From the sequence record SRR20825010_2427: a stretch of 44,565 nucleotides of DNA. One strand, given 5' to 3'. Each line of letters begins with the position of its first letter. Within the stretch, counting starts at the first letter, position 1. A program made the translations under genes and the position numbers. The notes beneath the pieces were generated by a model. It was not told the DNA's origin. It did not search any database and worked only from the letters and a program-made list of their open reading frames with translations. Of the stretch, positions 9,946 through 18,294 are shown in pieces.

Positions 9946-10151
9946 TCGCTCCCGCACATTCGCGACCACCCCGACGCATCGAGTTTGACGAGGCTCTCCC
10001 CGAGTCTCGCCATGCTGATGCGGATGGCGAATCGCCCAGCAAACTGAAATTCATCAACCAATCCGTTGCCAAGTACCCAACCGCGTCACTCGTCGCGGCG
10101 GGCGTTGTCGGCATCGCTCTTGGTTGGTTCGTCAAACGCAGACCCTCGTGA
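9942..10151 (+). CDS. Small tail-anchored protein (DUF883-like C-terminus)
   Basis: YPTASLVAAGVVGIALGWFVKRR; ATGA overlap with the previous gene. Confidence 0.75.
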   Translation: MIAPAHSRPPRRIEFDEALPESRHADADGESPSKLKFINQSVAKYPTASLVAAGVVGIALGWFVKRRPS

Positions 10152-10156
10152 TTGAT

Positions 10157-10642
10157 ATGCCAAACAACGCCAGCATCCAAAAAGTCTTGCGAGACGTTCT
10201 CGACTTGTGCGAACTGCAACTGCAATTGCTGTCCGTCGACGCGCAAGCTGCGAAACGAAAGCTGACCAGCGCCGCGATCTTCACTGCCATCGCGGTTGCC
10301 TTGGCCGGATCCGCTCTAACCGTGTTGCTGGTCGGTTTTGGATTCCTACTCGATGAGTTGACCGAACTCTCGACCGGCGGCGCGTTGGTGACTCTGGCCG
10401 TCGCAACGTTTGTCATCGTCGGCGTTTTGATGCTGGTCGCGGCCAAAGCGATTCAAGCTGCGACCGCCGCGATGGCTGAGACGAAGTCCGAATTGGCCGA
10501 GAACGTCCGATGGCTCAAAGCCACGATGATTTCGCCCTCCACATCCCCTCGCAATCAAATGCGCCGCGAATCGTTTCAAAATTTTCGCGAGCCACCTCAC
10601 TACTACACACCCGATCCAGTCTCTCCCCTTTCTGAAAGGTAA
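10157..10642 (+). CDS. YqjE / 'phage holin family' membrane protein
   Basis: ELQLQLLSVD followed by two TM helices and a ..TKSELAENVRWL tail. Start trimmed to ATG 10157. Confidence 0.8.
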   Translation: MPNNASIQKVLRDVLDLCELQLQLLSVDAQAAKRKLTSAAIFTAIAVALAGSALTVLLVGFGFLLDELTELSTGGALVTLAVATFVIVGVLMLVAAKAIQAATAAMAETKSELAENVRWLKATMISPSTSPRNQMRRESFQNFREPPHYYTPDPVSPLSER

Positions 10643-10647
10643 TCGTC

Positions 10648-10917
10648 ATGAACGAAGCATCTACACAACGCAGTCAAACCGGCACCACGTCGAATCCTTC
10701 GGACATGAATGGCATGTCCGACCAGGCTCGCGTGGCTGCCGACCGAGTCGCCGCTGGTGCAGTCGAGTTCGGCAAAGACGCTGCACAGCACTACGTCAAG
10801 GAACCAGCCCAGGACCTCTTTGGTCTGGCCAAGGCATACGCCAAAGACCACCCCGATGTCGCCGCGTGCTGGGCATTCGGATTGGGCGTCATGGTCGGTT
10901 GGAAACTCAAGCCCTAG
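10648..10917 (+). CDS. ElaB/YqjD/DUF883-like tail-anchored protein
   Basis: YAKDHPDVAACWAFGLGVMVGWKLKP C-terminus. Confidence 0.8.
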   Translation: MNEASTQRSQTGTTSNPSDMNGMSDQARVAADRVAAGAVEFGKDAAQHYVKEPAQDLFGLAKAYAKDHPDVAACWAFGLGVMVGWKLKP

Positions 10918-10989
10918 TTCTCAACACGGACGCTCGCCGCCTCGTTTCATCCACGCGTTCCCTCGCGATCGCGTGACTTAACATTCGCC

Positions 10990-11020
10990 AGAGCAATCCC
11001 AAACGGTTGCTCTTTTTTTT
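10990..11020 (+). terminator. Intrinsic terminator candidate
   Basis: AGAGCAA(T)CC-CAAAC-GGTTGCTCT stem followed by a T run. Confidence 0.6.
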
Positions 11021-11035
11021 CAAGGATACATTTCG

Positions 11036-11365
11036 ATGCAAGAACAGATCGAGCAAATCAAAGACCGAGCCGTGGACTTCTTCAATGAAGATGCGGATGG
11101 TCGTAACGCAGGGATCGGCCAAACCGAGAACATGATCGCGTTTGCGGCGGCGATCGGATGCACGTTCATGGTTCGCCAAGGGTTGCAACTTGGTTGGAAA
11201 GCGGCTCTGAGACGTGATCCGCCAAAGAATCCGACTTCGCACGAAGTTGAATGGCGTGAAGCATTGCTATGGGGCGCGGTCTCCGGTGCGATCGTTGGCG
11301 CCGCACGCATCGCATCGCGTCGCGCATCGTCTTCGGCATATCGGTCGATGCGGTCGGTATCATGA
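11036..11365 (+). CDS. DUF4235 family membrane protein
   Basis: W....RDPPKNP....WREALLWGAVSG pattern. Confidence 0.85.
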   Translation: MQEQIEQIKDRAVDFFNEDADGRNAGIGQTENMIAFAAAIGCTFMVRQGLQLGWKAALRRDPPKNPTSHEVEWREALLWGAVSGAIVGAARIASRRASSSAYRSMRSVS

Positions 11366-12567
11366 TGACAGCGGAAGACGTCCACGACCGGCTCGAGAAC
11401 TTGTCGCGAAAACACACGATGAAGATCCGTGAGGTTCGTCGCTACATCCACCGGTACCCTGAGCTGTCGGGTTACGAGTATCGGACCACGGAGTTCCTAG
11501 CCGAGATCATCGCAGACCTTGGACTCAAGCCCACCCTTGCGGAAGACAATCGAGGTTTGTTCGTCGACATTGGCGAACCGAGAGAGTTGGGACGCACCGC
11601 GATCCGAGCGGACATTGACGCGTTGCCCATCCAGACGATGGTCCAGCACGAATACGCAAGCGGCACGGACCAAGTCATGCACGCCTGCGGCCATGACGCT
11701 CACGCCGCGATGGCGTACGGTGCGGCCGCAATCCTGACCGAACTTGCCAGCGAAGGCATGGCGGTCAACAGCCGAATCATCTTTCAACCCGCGGAAGAAA
11801 CCAGTCGGGGTGGCCTGCACATGATTCGCTCTGGTGCTCTGCAAGGCGTCCACTCAGCGATTGCACTGCACGTGGATCCAACTCGCCCGGTTGGCACGAT
11901 CGGAATTCGCGAAGGAGCCTTCACCGCCGGGTGCGATCTGTTCACGGTCGAAATGTCAGGGCAGGGCGGTCACGGTGCCCGTCCTCACCTCACCGGCGAC
12001 CTGGTCGGTGCCGCGGCGCAGTGGGTGACCGACATCTATCGGCGAGTCCCAAGAGCAATTGATGCTCGCGATGCCGTCGTCATCAACGTTGGCAGTCTTC
12101 ACACCGGCAACGCACCCAATGTGGTGCCATCATCTGCATCGATCAGCGGAACGCTGCGCACACTTTCTGCGGAGAGTGCTGAGAAAGCCAAAGAGATGAT
12201 GGCTGAAATTTCCCGATCGATCGCATCGATTCATTCCTGCCGCATCGATCTGGAATTTGGCCAACACACGCCTCCCGTGATCAACGACGCCGCGATTGCC
12301 CGTCGACTCCGCAATGCCGGCATCGAGATTCTTGGCGAGACCAACGTACGTGACATCGCACAACCAAGCATGGGTGCCGAGGACTTTTCATTCATCGCCC
12401 AGCAGGTTCCCGCGGCAATGTTCCGTCTGGGTGTTGCCGGAATCGACGTCGGCAGTGAACCGCTCCACACCCCGAAGTTCGACATCGATGAATCCGCGTT
12501 GCCAATCGGCGCCAGTGTCCTGGCGATGGCGGCGATCCTCGATGATCCCGGTATGACCGCCGCTTAG
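11362..12567 (+). CDS. M20D amidohydrolase
   Basis: HRYPELS, RADIDALP, MHACGHD, FQPAEE, GGHGARPH, MGAEDF, LHTPKF. Start trimmed to the ATGA overlap at 11362. Confidence 0.92.
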   Translation: MMTAEDVHDRLENLSRKHTMKIREVRRYIHRYPELSGYEYRTTEFLAEIIADLGLKPTLAEDNRGLFVDIGEPRELGRTAIRADIDALPIQTMVQHEYASGTDQVMHACGHDAHAAMAYGAAAILTELASEGMAVNSRIIFQPAEETSRGGLHMIRSGALQGVHSAIALHVDPTRPVGTIGIREGAFTAGCDLFTVEMSGQGGHGARPHLTGDLVGAAAQWVTDIYRRVPRAIDARDAVVINVGSLHTGNAPNVVPSSASISGTLRTLSAESAEKAKEMMAEISRSIASIHSCRIDLEFGQHTPPVINDAAIARRLRNAGIEILGETNVRDIAQPSMGAEDFSFIAQQVPAAMFRLGVAGIDVGSEPLHTPKFDIDESALPIGASVLAMAAILDDPGMTAA

Positions 12568-12653
12568 ATCGCTCGTCTCTTTCGTCTCATCCACTTCGTT
12601 TCTGTCCGGTCTGGTTTTCAATCGGCGGATCCTACCTTGATCGGAGAACAACC

Positions 12654-13772
12654 GTGTCCTTCCAAGTCCCCACCGTCGGCGTTGAAGAAGAGTATCAGCT
12701 CGTTGATCCCCGAAGCGGTGCGTTGATACCGAACTGCAAAGAGGTCATGCGAACGATTCGCCGGAATGGTGGATCCGAAGAAGCTCACTCCGAGATTCAG
12801 CACGAGTTGCATCTGAACCAAATCGAAATGGCGTCGGATGTTTGCAGCTCATTGGAAGAAGTCCGCGACGCCCTCACGCAGACCCGGCGGATGCTGATCG
12901 ACGCGGCGCGTTCGAATGAAACCGAGTTGGCCTCCGCGGGGACGAACCCGTTGCCGATCCCAACCGACGATGCGCTGACTCCGAAGGATCGCTATCAGGC
13001 GATGACGGATCGGTACCAGCAGATCGCTCGCGATTTGTTCATCTTCGGATGCCATGTGCATGTCGCGATGGAAGACCGCGAACTGGGCATTCAGGTCATG
13101 AATCGCTGCCGTCGATGGTTACCGATTCTGCAAGCGATCACCGCCAACTCGCCTTATTGGGACGGAGTTGACACCGGCTACGCGAGTTATCGTCGCGAGC
13201 TTTGGGCACAGTGGCCGATGGCTGGTCCTCCTGCCCATTTTGATTCGTTGGCCGATTACCAAAGTTGTGTGGATGACTTGGTCGCTTGCGGAGCGATCAA
13301 GGACGAGAGCTTCCTGTACTGGGACATCCGTTTACCCACTCGTGTTCCCACGATCGAGTTCCGAGCAGCCGACGTGATGACTCGGGTGGAAGAAACGGTG
13401 GGCTACGTCGGCATGATCCGCGCGATCGTGATGCTGGCGATCTCCGAAGAAGAGCAGGGCAAACCGATCGTCCCAATTCGTTCGTCGGTCCTGTCGTATG
13501 CGATCTGGCATGCGGCCCGCTACGGGATGAACGAACAGCTCGTTGATCCCGAATCTCGCGAAATGGTTCCTGCGTCGGAATTGCTCGATCGTCTGATGAC
13601 CGCAATCGATCCAGCTCTCAAAGCAACCGGCGAGGCTCGTCCGGTCGAAGCATTCGCAAACCAGCTGATCAAATCAGGAACGGGTGCGGATCGCCAAAGG
13701 CGAGGCGGAGAATTGAGCAGCGTGGTCGCCAACGTTGTCGCCGAAACCGTCCCATCCGCCATCCTCGCTTGA
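12654..13772 (+). CDS. ybdK: YbdK family carboxylate-amine (glutamate--cysteine-like) ligase
   Basis: TVGVEEEYQLVDP, FGCHVHV, ANSPYWDGVDTGYASYR, WDIR, TIEFR; GTG start with GGAG RBS. Confidence 0.92.
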   Translation: MSFQVPTVGVEEEYQLVDPRSGALIPNCKEVMRTIRRNGGSEEAHSEIQHELHLNQIEMASDVCSSLEEVRDALTQTRRMLIDAARSNETELASAGTNPLPIPTDDALTPKDRYQAMTDRYQQIARDLFIFGCHVHVAMEDRELGIQVMNRCRRWLPILQAITANSPYWDGVDTGYASYRRELWAQWPMAGPPAHFDSLADYQSCVDDLVACGAIKDESFLYWDIRLPTRVPTIEFRAADVMTRVEETVGYVGMIRAIVMLAISEEEQGKPIVPIRSSVLSYAIWHAARYGMNEQLVDPESREMVPASELLDRLMTAIDPALKATGEARPVEAFANQLIKSGTGADRQRRGGELSSVVANVVAETVPSAILA

Positions 13773-13776
13773 TCGT

Positions 13777-13792
13777 TGGCCCGAAAATTGCT
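13777..13792 (+). promoter_or_regulatory. sigma54 -24/-12 promoter candidate
   Basis: TGGCCCGAAAATTGCT upstream of the enhancer-binding protein gene. Confidence 0.7.
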
Positions 13793-13941
13793 CGGCCATC
13801 AACCAAACTGATCGACAAACGATTCTTCAAACGATAATCTTTCACACTGGGTGATCTCCTATGGCAGCAGGCACCGCTCTCCAAGCCCCTCACAATGAGA
13901 CGGGGGCCCAATCCGCACCTCGCTCAAAGTGGTCGAAATCC

Positions 13942-15405
13942 ATGCCCAACCTCCTCGTCATTGACGATGATCGCACCATCTTGGCTCTCGCTGAGAAAGC
14001 TCTGGCTCCCATTGCCGACGTGTCGGTCGCCGCGAATGCCGCAGATGGTTTAGGACTGCTTCGCGAAGGCGAATTTGATGCAGTGCTTTTGGACATCCAA
14101 CTTCCCGATCAAAACGGATTGGCCGTTTACTGCGAAATTCGCGAACATGATCGTCGGATTCCGGTGATCTTCATGACGGTCGAGGCCGCCAGCAACACCG
14201 CGATCGAAGCGATGCAATTGGGGGCGTTCGACTACATCGCGAAACCTCTGAACGTTGAATCACTTCGCGACCTCGTCGAAAAAGCAATCGAGCAGCGGCA
14301 AATCAGCAGTGTCCCGGTTGCGATCTCGGCTGATGACGAAGGTGGTGATCAATCCGCCGAACTGTTCATCGGTCGATCGCCAGTCATGCTGGACGTTTTC
14401 AAAGCAGTCGGAAAAGTCGCCAAGCAAGACGTCCCAATCTTGGTCCGCGGCGAAAGCGGCACCGGCAAAGAACTTGTCGCTCGGGCTCTTTTCCAATACA
14501 GCCATCGCAGCGACGAAACTTTTCTGGCGGTGAACTGCGCCGCTCTACCGGACAACTTGCTCGAAAGCGAACTGTTCGGTCACGAGAAAGGGGCCTTCAC
14601 CGGCGCCGAGTCTCGCCGAATCGGTAAGTTTGAGCAGTGCAACGGCGGGACATTGTTCCTGGACGAAATCGGAGACATGGCACCGACCGTCCAAGCCAAG
14701 GTTCTCCGCGTCCTGCAAGAACAACGCTTCGAACGCGTCGGCGGCAACAAAGAACTGACGACAAACGTTCGAATCATCGCCGCGACCAACCGACCACTCG
14801 AACAGATGGTCGTCGACGGCGACTATCGCGAAGACCTTCTGTATCGACTCAATGGCGTCACGATCGAATTGCCGCCTCTTCGCGATCGATTGAGCGATGT
14901 TCCGGCACTGATTCGATTCTTCCTCGCGCAGGCGAAGATTGAGTTCAACAAACCTGATTTAGAAGGCTTGTCGCCGGAAGCCGTCGATCTGCTGACGGTT
15001 TACGATTGGCCCGGAAACGTTCGACAACTGCGAGCGGTGATTCGCCGGTGCGTTTTGGACACGGTGATGCCCGTCATCACACCCGACACATTGCCGGATG
15101 CGATCGCTGGAACACGGCACAGCGGAGCCAAGTCAGAGTCGGGCGCGAACGAAAAACTCGAAAGCGAAGCACCAGGAAGTCAGCTCCCGCAATTGGTCCA
15201 ACGTCTGCTGAAAGAAAAGTCGACCAATGTCTACGGTGAAGCGATGGAGTACATGGAACGTTTTGTGATCCTGCAAGTGCTTCAGTCAACTGACGGGAAC
15301 CAAAGCCAAGCTGCTGAGATACTCGGAATCACCCGCGGAAAACTTCGCGACCGAATCAACTCCTACAACATCGTGCTCAAAAGCGACGTTGCGGTTGAGT
15401 CCTGA
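13942..15405 (+). CDS. sigma54-dependent response regulator (REC-AAA+-Fis HTH; NtrC/AtoC type)
   Basis: REC LLDIQLPD; Walker A GESGTGKE; ESELFGHEKGAFTGA; LFLDEIG; WPGNVRQL; HTH GNQSQAAEILGI. ATG 13861 is an alternative start. Confidence 0.95.
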   Translation: MPNLLVIDDDRTILALAEKALAPIADVSVAANAADGLGLLREGEFDAVLLDIQLPDQNGLAVYCEIREHDRRIPVIFMTVEAASNTAIEAMQLGAFDYIAKPLNVESLRDLVEKAIEQRQISSVPVAISADDEGGDQSAELFIGRSPVMLDVFKAVGKVAKQDVPILVRGESGTGKELVARALFQYSHRSDETFLAVNCAALPDNLLESELFGHEKGAFTGAESRRIGKFEQCNGGTLFLDEIGDMAPTVQAKVLRVLQEQRFERVGGNKELTTNVRIIAATNRPLEQMVVDGDYREDLLYRLNGVTIELPPLRDRLSDVPALIRFFLAQAKIEFNKPDLEGLSPEAVDLLTVYDWPGNVRQLRAVIRRCVLDTVMPVITPDTLPDAIAGTRHSGAKSESGANEKLESEAPGSQLPQLVQRLLKEKSTNVYGEAMEYMERFVILQVLQSTDGNQSQAAEILGITRGKLRDRINSYNIVLKSDVAVES

Positions 15406-15553
15406 TACTGCGATCGCGGGACGCTGTTCACTGGCGGAACCCACCGTTGCATCATCGCGAAAGAGTTCGTTGGATCGCGATACCAGCGAACTTCCCACAC
15501 CTTCCTACCATCGATCGGCGTTCGCTCGATCCATCATCCCTACCCACTTTCCC

Positions 15554-15907
15554 ATGACCGAAGCCCAACGCAAACGCTTTGCCGCGGCTCTCCAACGAGT
15601 TGCCGGCGATGAAGACATGCTCGTGATGCTTGCTAGCATCGCCGCCGAAGACGGCCCACCGATGCTGGAGCAGGTACACACTCACGTTGAAAGCCTCGAA
15701 TTAGGTGAAGCTGCTCGAGTCGGTCACGCGCTAAAAGGCCTGCTGAGTACCTTTGAAAGTGGCCCGCCAGTCGATGAGCTTCAACCGATGATCGATGCGG
15801 CGCGTAAAGACGATGGCAACGCAACACAGATCGCCCACGCATCCGTGTCACCCAAGCTAGAGCATTTACTTGGCGAGATCGAAGAACTTGCCGAGAGCGG
15901 GAAGTAG
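15554..15907 (+). CDS. Stand-alone Hpt phosphotransfer protein
   Basis: ALQRVAGDEDML...HALKG motif, all-helical, 117 aa. Confidence 0.85.
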   Translation: MTEAQRKRFAAALQRVAGDEDMLVMLASIAAEDGPPMLEQVHTHVESLELGEAARVGHALKGLLSTFESGPPVDELQPMIDAARKDDGNATQIAHASVSPKLEHLLGEIEELAESGK

Positions 15908-16125
15908 TCGCTCATGCCGCCGCTGCTTGGGGCGAGCGGTGGGCGACGCGAGCCCGAAGCCAGCATTTAGCTCGCTATAGAGGTTTGTCGCCGGCGGCGA
16001 TTGACTTGTTGATGAGTCAGCCTGCCTCGCGTAACTGCATTCCAAACGACGATGACGGCTGAGATATCGGCGATCGCAGCCTCGCAGACGATCGACGGCA
16101 GCCTCACCGGAACAAAACCGGTCGC

Positions 16126-16299
16126 CTAGTTTGACGACCACATGATCAACGCAACAACGCCGGAAACGACGGCGAGCACCGCAAGGTAGCTCAATGCGAC
16201 GAAGATGAATGGGGTTCCGGGAGCTTGTTCACCGAGCGGACGCTCGTTGTCGGTCACAGCTTTTTTTGTTTCTTCAATGATGCCAGTATCGTTGGCCAT
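16126..16299 (-). CDS. Small single-TM protein (57 aa)
   Basis: MANDTGIIEETKK...PFIFVALSYLAVLAVVSGVVALIMWSSN; AAGGA RBS; own sigma54 motif. Confidence 0.75.
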   Translation of the reverse strand: MANDTGIIEETKKAVTDNERPLGEQAPGTPFIFVALSYLAVLAVVSGVVALIMWSSN

Positions 16300-16360
16300 G
16301 ATCAAATCCTTCGTTCGAGTGCGTCCCCGCAAACTGCCGGGACATCGGACTAACGACAGA

Positions 16361-16376
16361 CGCAACGATCGTGCCA
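16361..16376 (-). promoter_or_regulatory. sigma54 -24/-12 promoter candidate
   Basis: Minus strand TGGCACGATCGTTGCG, near-perfect consensus. Confidence 0.8.
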
Positions 16377-16622
16377 TTCAGTTCCAAATACTGCGACTCA
16401 GTAAGATTTCGAACATCTAAGCCGCGACCGCCGGTCCGCATTGAACGATTTGCAACGGCTGATGATCGAGCAAATTCTTCAATTAGTCTGTCGGCTGGTT
16501 GATCAGAAACCATCGTTCGCTTTCTTCCGACGCGAAACATTCGGAATTCCGCGGATTAAAACGCCGTGAAATCGCGTGTCGGACACAACCCAAGCTCGAC
16601 TTGAACCGAAAACGCAAATTTG

Positions 16623-16638
16623 CGGCATGTCGTTTGCT
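16623..16638 (+). promoter_or_regulatory. sigma54 -24/-12 promoter candidate
   Basis: CGGCATGTCGTTTGCT about 48 nt upstream of csrA. Confidence 0.75.
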
Positions 16639-16685
16639 TACCTCAGAGGGCAAATGATTACTCCCTCGTTGCACGGAAGAAAACG

Positions 16686-16910
16686 ATGTTGGTACTGAGT
16701 CGAAAAGTTGGTGAGAAATTGCTCATTGGCGATAACGTGGTCATCACGGTATCGAAGATCAGCGGAAATCGGGTTTCGATCGCGATTGACGCTCCACGCG
16801 ATGTTTCGATCCAACGTGGCGAACTTGCCAGTGAACCAGTCGCCACGCGTTCCGCTCAACAGGGTGGAACCGCTGCTGCTTCGGTTCATGTCGCCGCGCA
16901 TCACGCGTGA
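16686..16910 (+). CDS. csrA: Carbon storage regulator CsrA-family RNA-binding protein
   Basis: MLVLSRKVGEKLLIGDNVVITV...IDAPRDVSIQRGEL. Confidence 0.92.
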   Translation: MLVLSRKVGEKLLIGDNVVITVSKISGNRVSIAIDAPRDVSIQRGELASEPVATRSAQQGGTAAASVHVAAHHA

Positions 16911-17541
16911 GCTTGTTTATTTGAAACGATTCGCAGCGTGCTTTCGCTGGGTTGACCATGTCTTCGCCGAAAAGCAACTCGGCTCCACCTTCAGCTCAGT
17001 TGTACGAACATCGCGTTCGATTCAACGTTGAAAGTGTCGACCGATCACTGCTTCCGTTGTAGCGACAATCATTGGCCGCCAACCAAGCTGCTTCGCCATA
17101 GCCTCATTTGGCAGAGGCATCAAATCTTACTGCCCGCAACGCTGGCCGCCGGCAACCATCGACCATAGAGCCGAATCGTGCGCATGTGGCGGAACGTAGG
17201 ATCGACTTGATCCAGCGTGCGCGAATGGCCAACAATTGAGTCGATCGTCGACTACTTCTGATCTCCAGCCAGCTTGTTGCCTCTGCGGCCGTCGATTTCG
17301 TCTGGCTGCGATTGATCCAACCTGAACGCTTCGGCGTCAAAACCTCGCGATGCGAGCTCAATCGGCAACGTGCCGAACAAGAAGCAGCTTTTATTCGCTA
17401 ATTGACAGCTCGCCTGTTCGCTGCCCAACTGCTGCGACGTTCGCCCAAATGGAGAACTGCAGACGGAACAGTTTGCGATCCGGTATATCCACGACGCTTT
17501 GTAGCGTAAGCAGCTCGTGTTCATGACGCTCTTCTAGACCT

Positions 17542-17557
17542 TGGCACACCGTTTGCC
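17542..17557 (+). promoter_or_regulatory. sigma54 -24/-12 promoter candidate
   Basis: TGGCACACCGTTTGCC, near-perfect consensus. Confidence 0.8.
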
Positions 17558-17646
17558 TTTGATGCTCTCCCGCGGCAATGACACGAATCACTTAACTCGG
17601 TCGGGCGACGAGCCGCTTCCTCGATCCAATCCAAATTGAGAACCAA

Positions 17647-17910
17647 ATGAACAAGACATTTTTGATGACGCTGCTTTCGCTTTCGCTGGGCTTTGCAACC
17701 GTTGGTTGTGATGTTGAGAAAACACGCGACGGTGAAATGCCCGATGTGGACGTCGATGGCGGTCAATTGCCGGGCTATGACGTTGACGCACCCGAAGTCG
17801 ACGTGACAACGGAAGAAAGCAAGATCAAGGTTCCCGACGTCGACGTGGACATGAAAGAGAAGACCATCACCACCCCTGACGTTGACATCGACCTTCCTGC
17901 GGACGAGTGA
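17647..17910 (+). CDS. Small acidic lipoprotein with P-D/E-V-D-V repeats
   Basis: Lipobox TVG-C followed by repeated PDVDV-like units. Confidence 0.85.
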   Translation: MNKTFLMTLLSLSLGFATVGCDVEKTRDGEMPDVDVDGGQLPGYDVDAPEVDVTTEESKIKVPDVDVDMKEKTITTPDVDIDLPADE

Positions 17911-17993
17911 TCAAGACGCTGATCTTTCGCAGCACGTTGAAGTTGCGAAGGGTCCCACGTTAACAAACTCTGTCCCGAATCGAGGAGATTGAA

Positions 17994-18173
17994 ATGACGA
18001 CCGTTGTAAAGAATGAAAACACTGTTCTGAAAGTGTTGCTCGCGATCCTGTTGCCACCACTTGCCGTTTACATGGACAAGGGCGTTGGAACTCAGTTCCT
18101 GCTGAACATCGTGTTGACTCTGGTTGGTTTCTGGATCATAGGAATCATCCATGCGTTGTTGGTCGTGCTGTAG
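17994..18173 (+). CDS. YqaE/Pmp3 family proteolipid (59 aa; absent from the ORF track)
   Basis: Hand translation MTTVVKNENTVLKVLLAILLPPLAVYMDKGVGTQFLLNIVLTLVGFWIIGIIHALLVVL*; GAGGAG RBS. Confidence 0.92.
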   Translation: MTTVVKNENTVLKVLLAILLPPLAVYMDKGVGTQFLLNIVLTLVGFWIIGIIHALLVVL

Positions 18174-18294
18174 GCCGCACCTTCACGTTGAAATTGAAGA
18201 AGTCGAATTGGGCGACCCGGTGGTGTGACAAATCACTTAGTCGCCCTTTTCTATTTCCACCCACACCTACGCCACTCAACCAGGATGGACTCAG

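Noticed and set aside
10157-10642. 'Phage holin' as evidence of a prophage
   Set aside because: No phage genes nearby; the context matches the cellular YqjE-like stress cassette.
17104-17524. Minus-strand ORFs of 85 and 90 aa in the csrA gap
   Set aside because: No RBS, atypical Arg/Ser/Cys-rich composition, no family resemblance.
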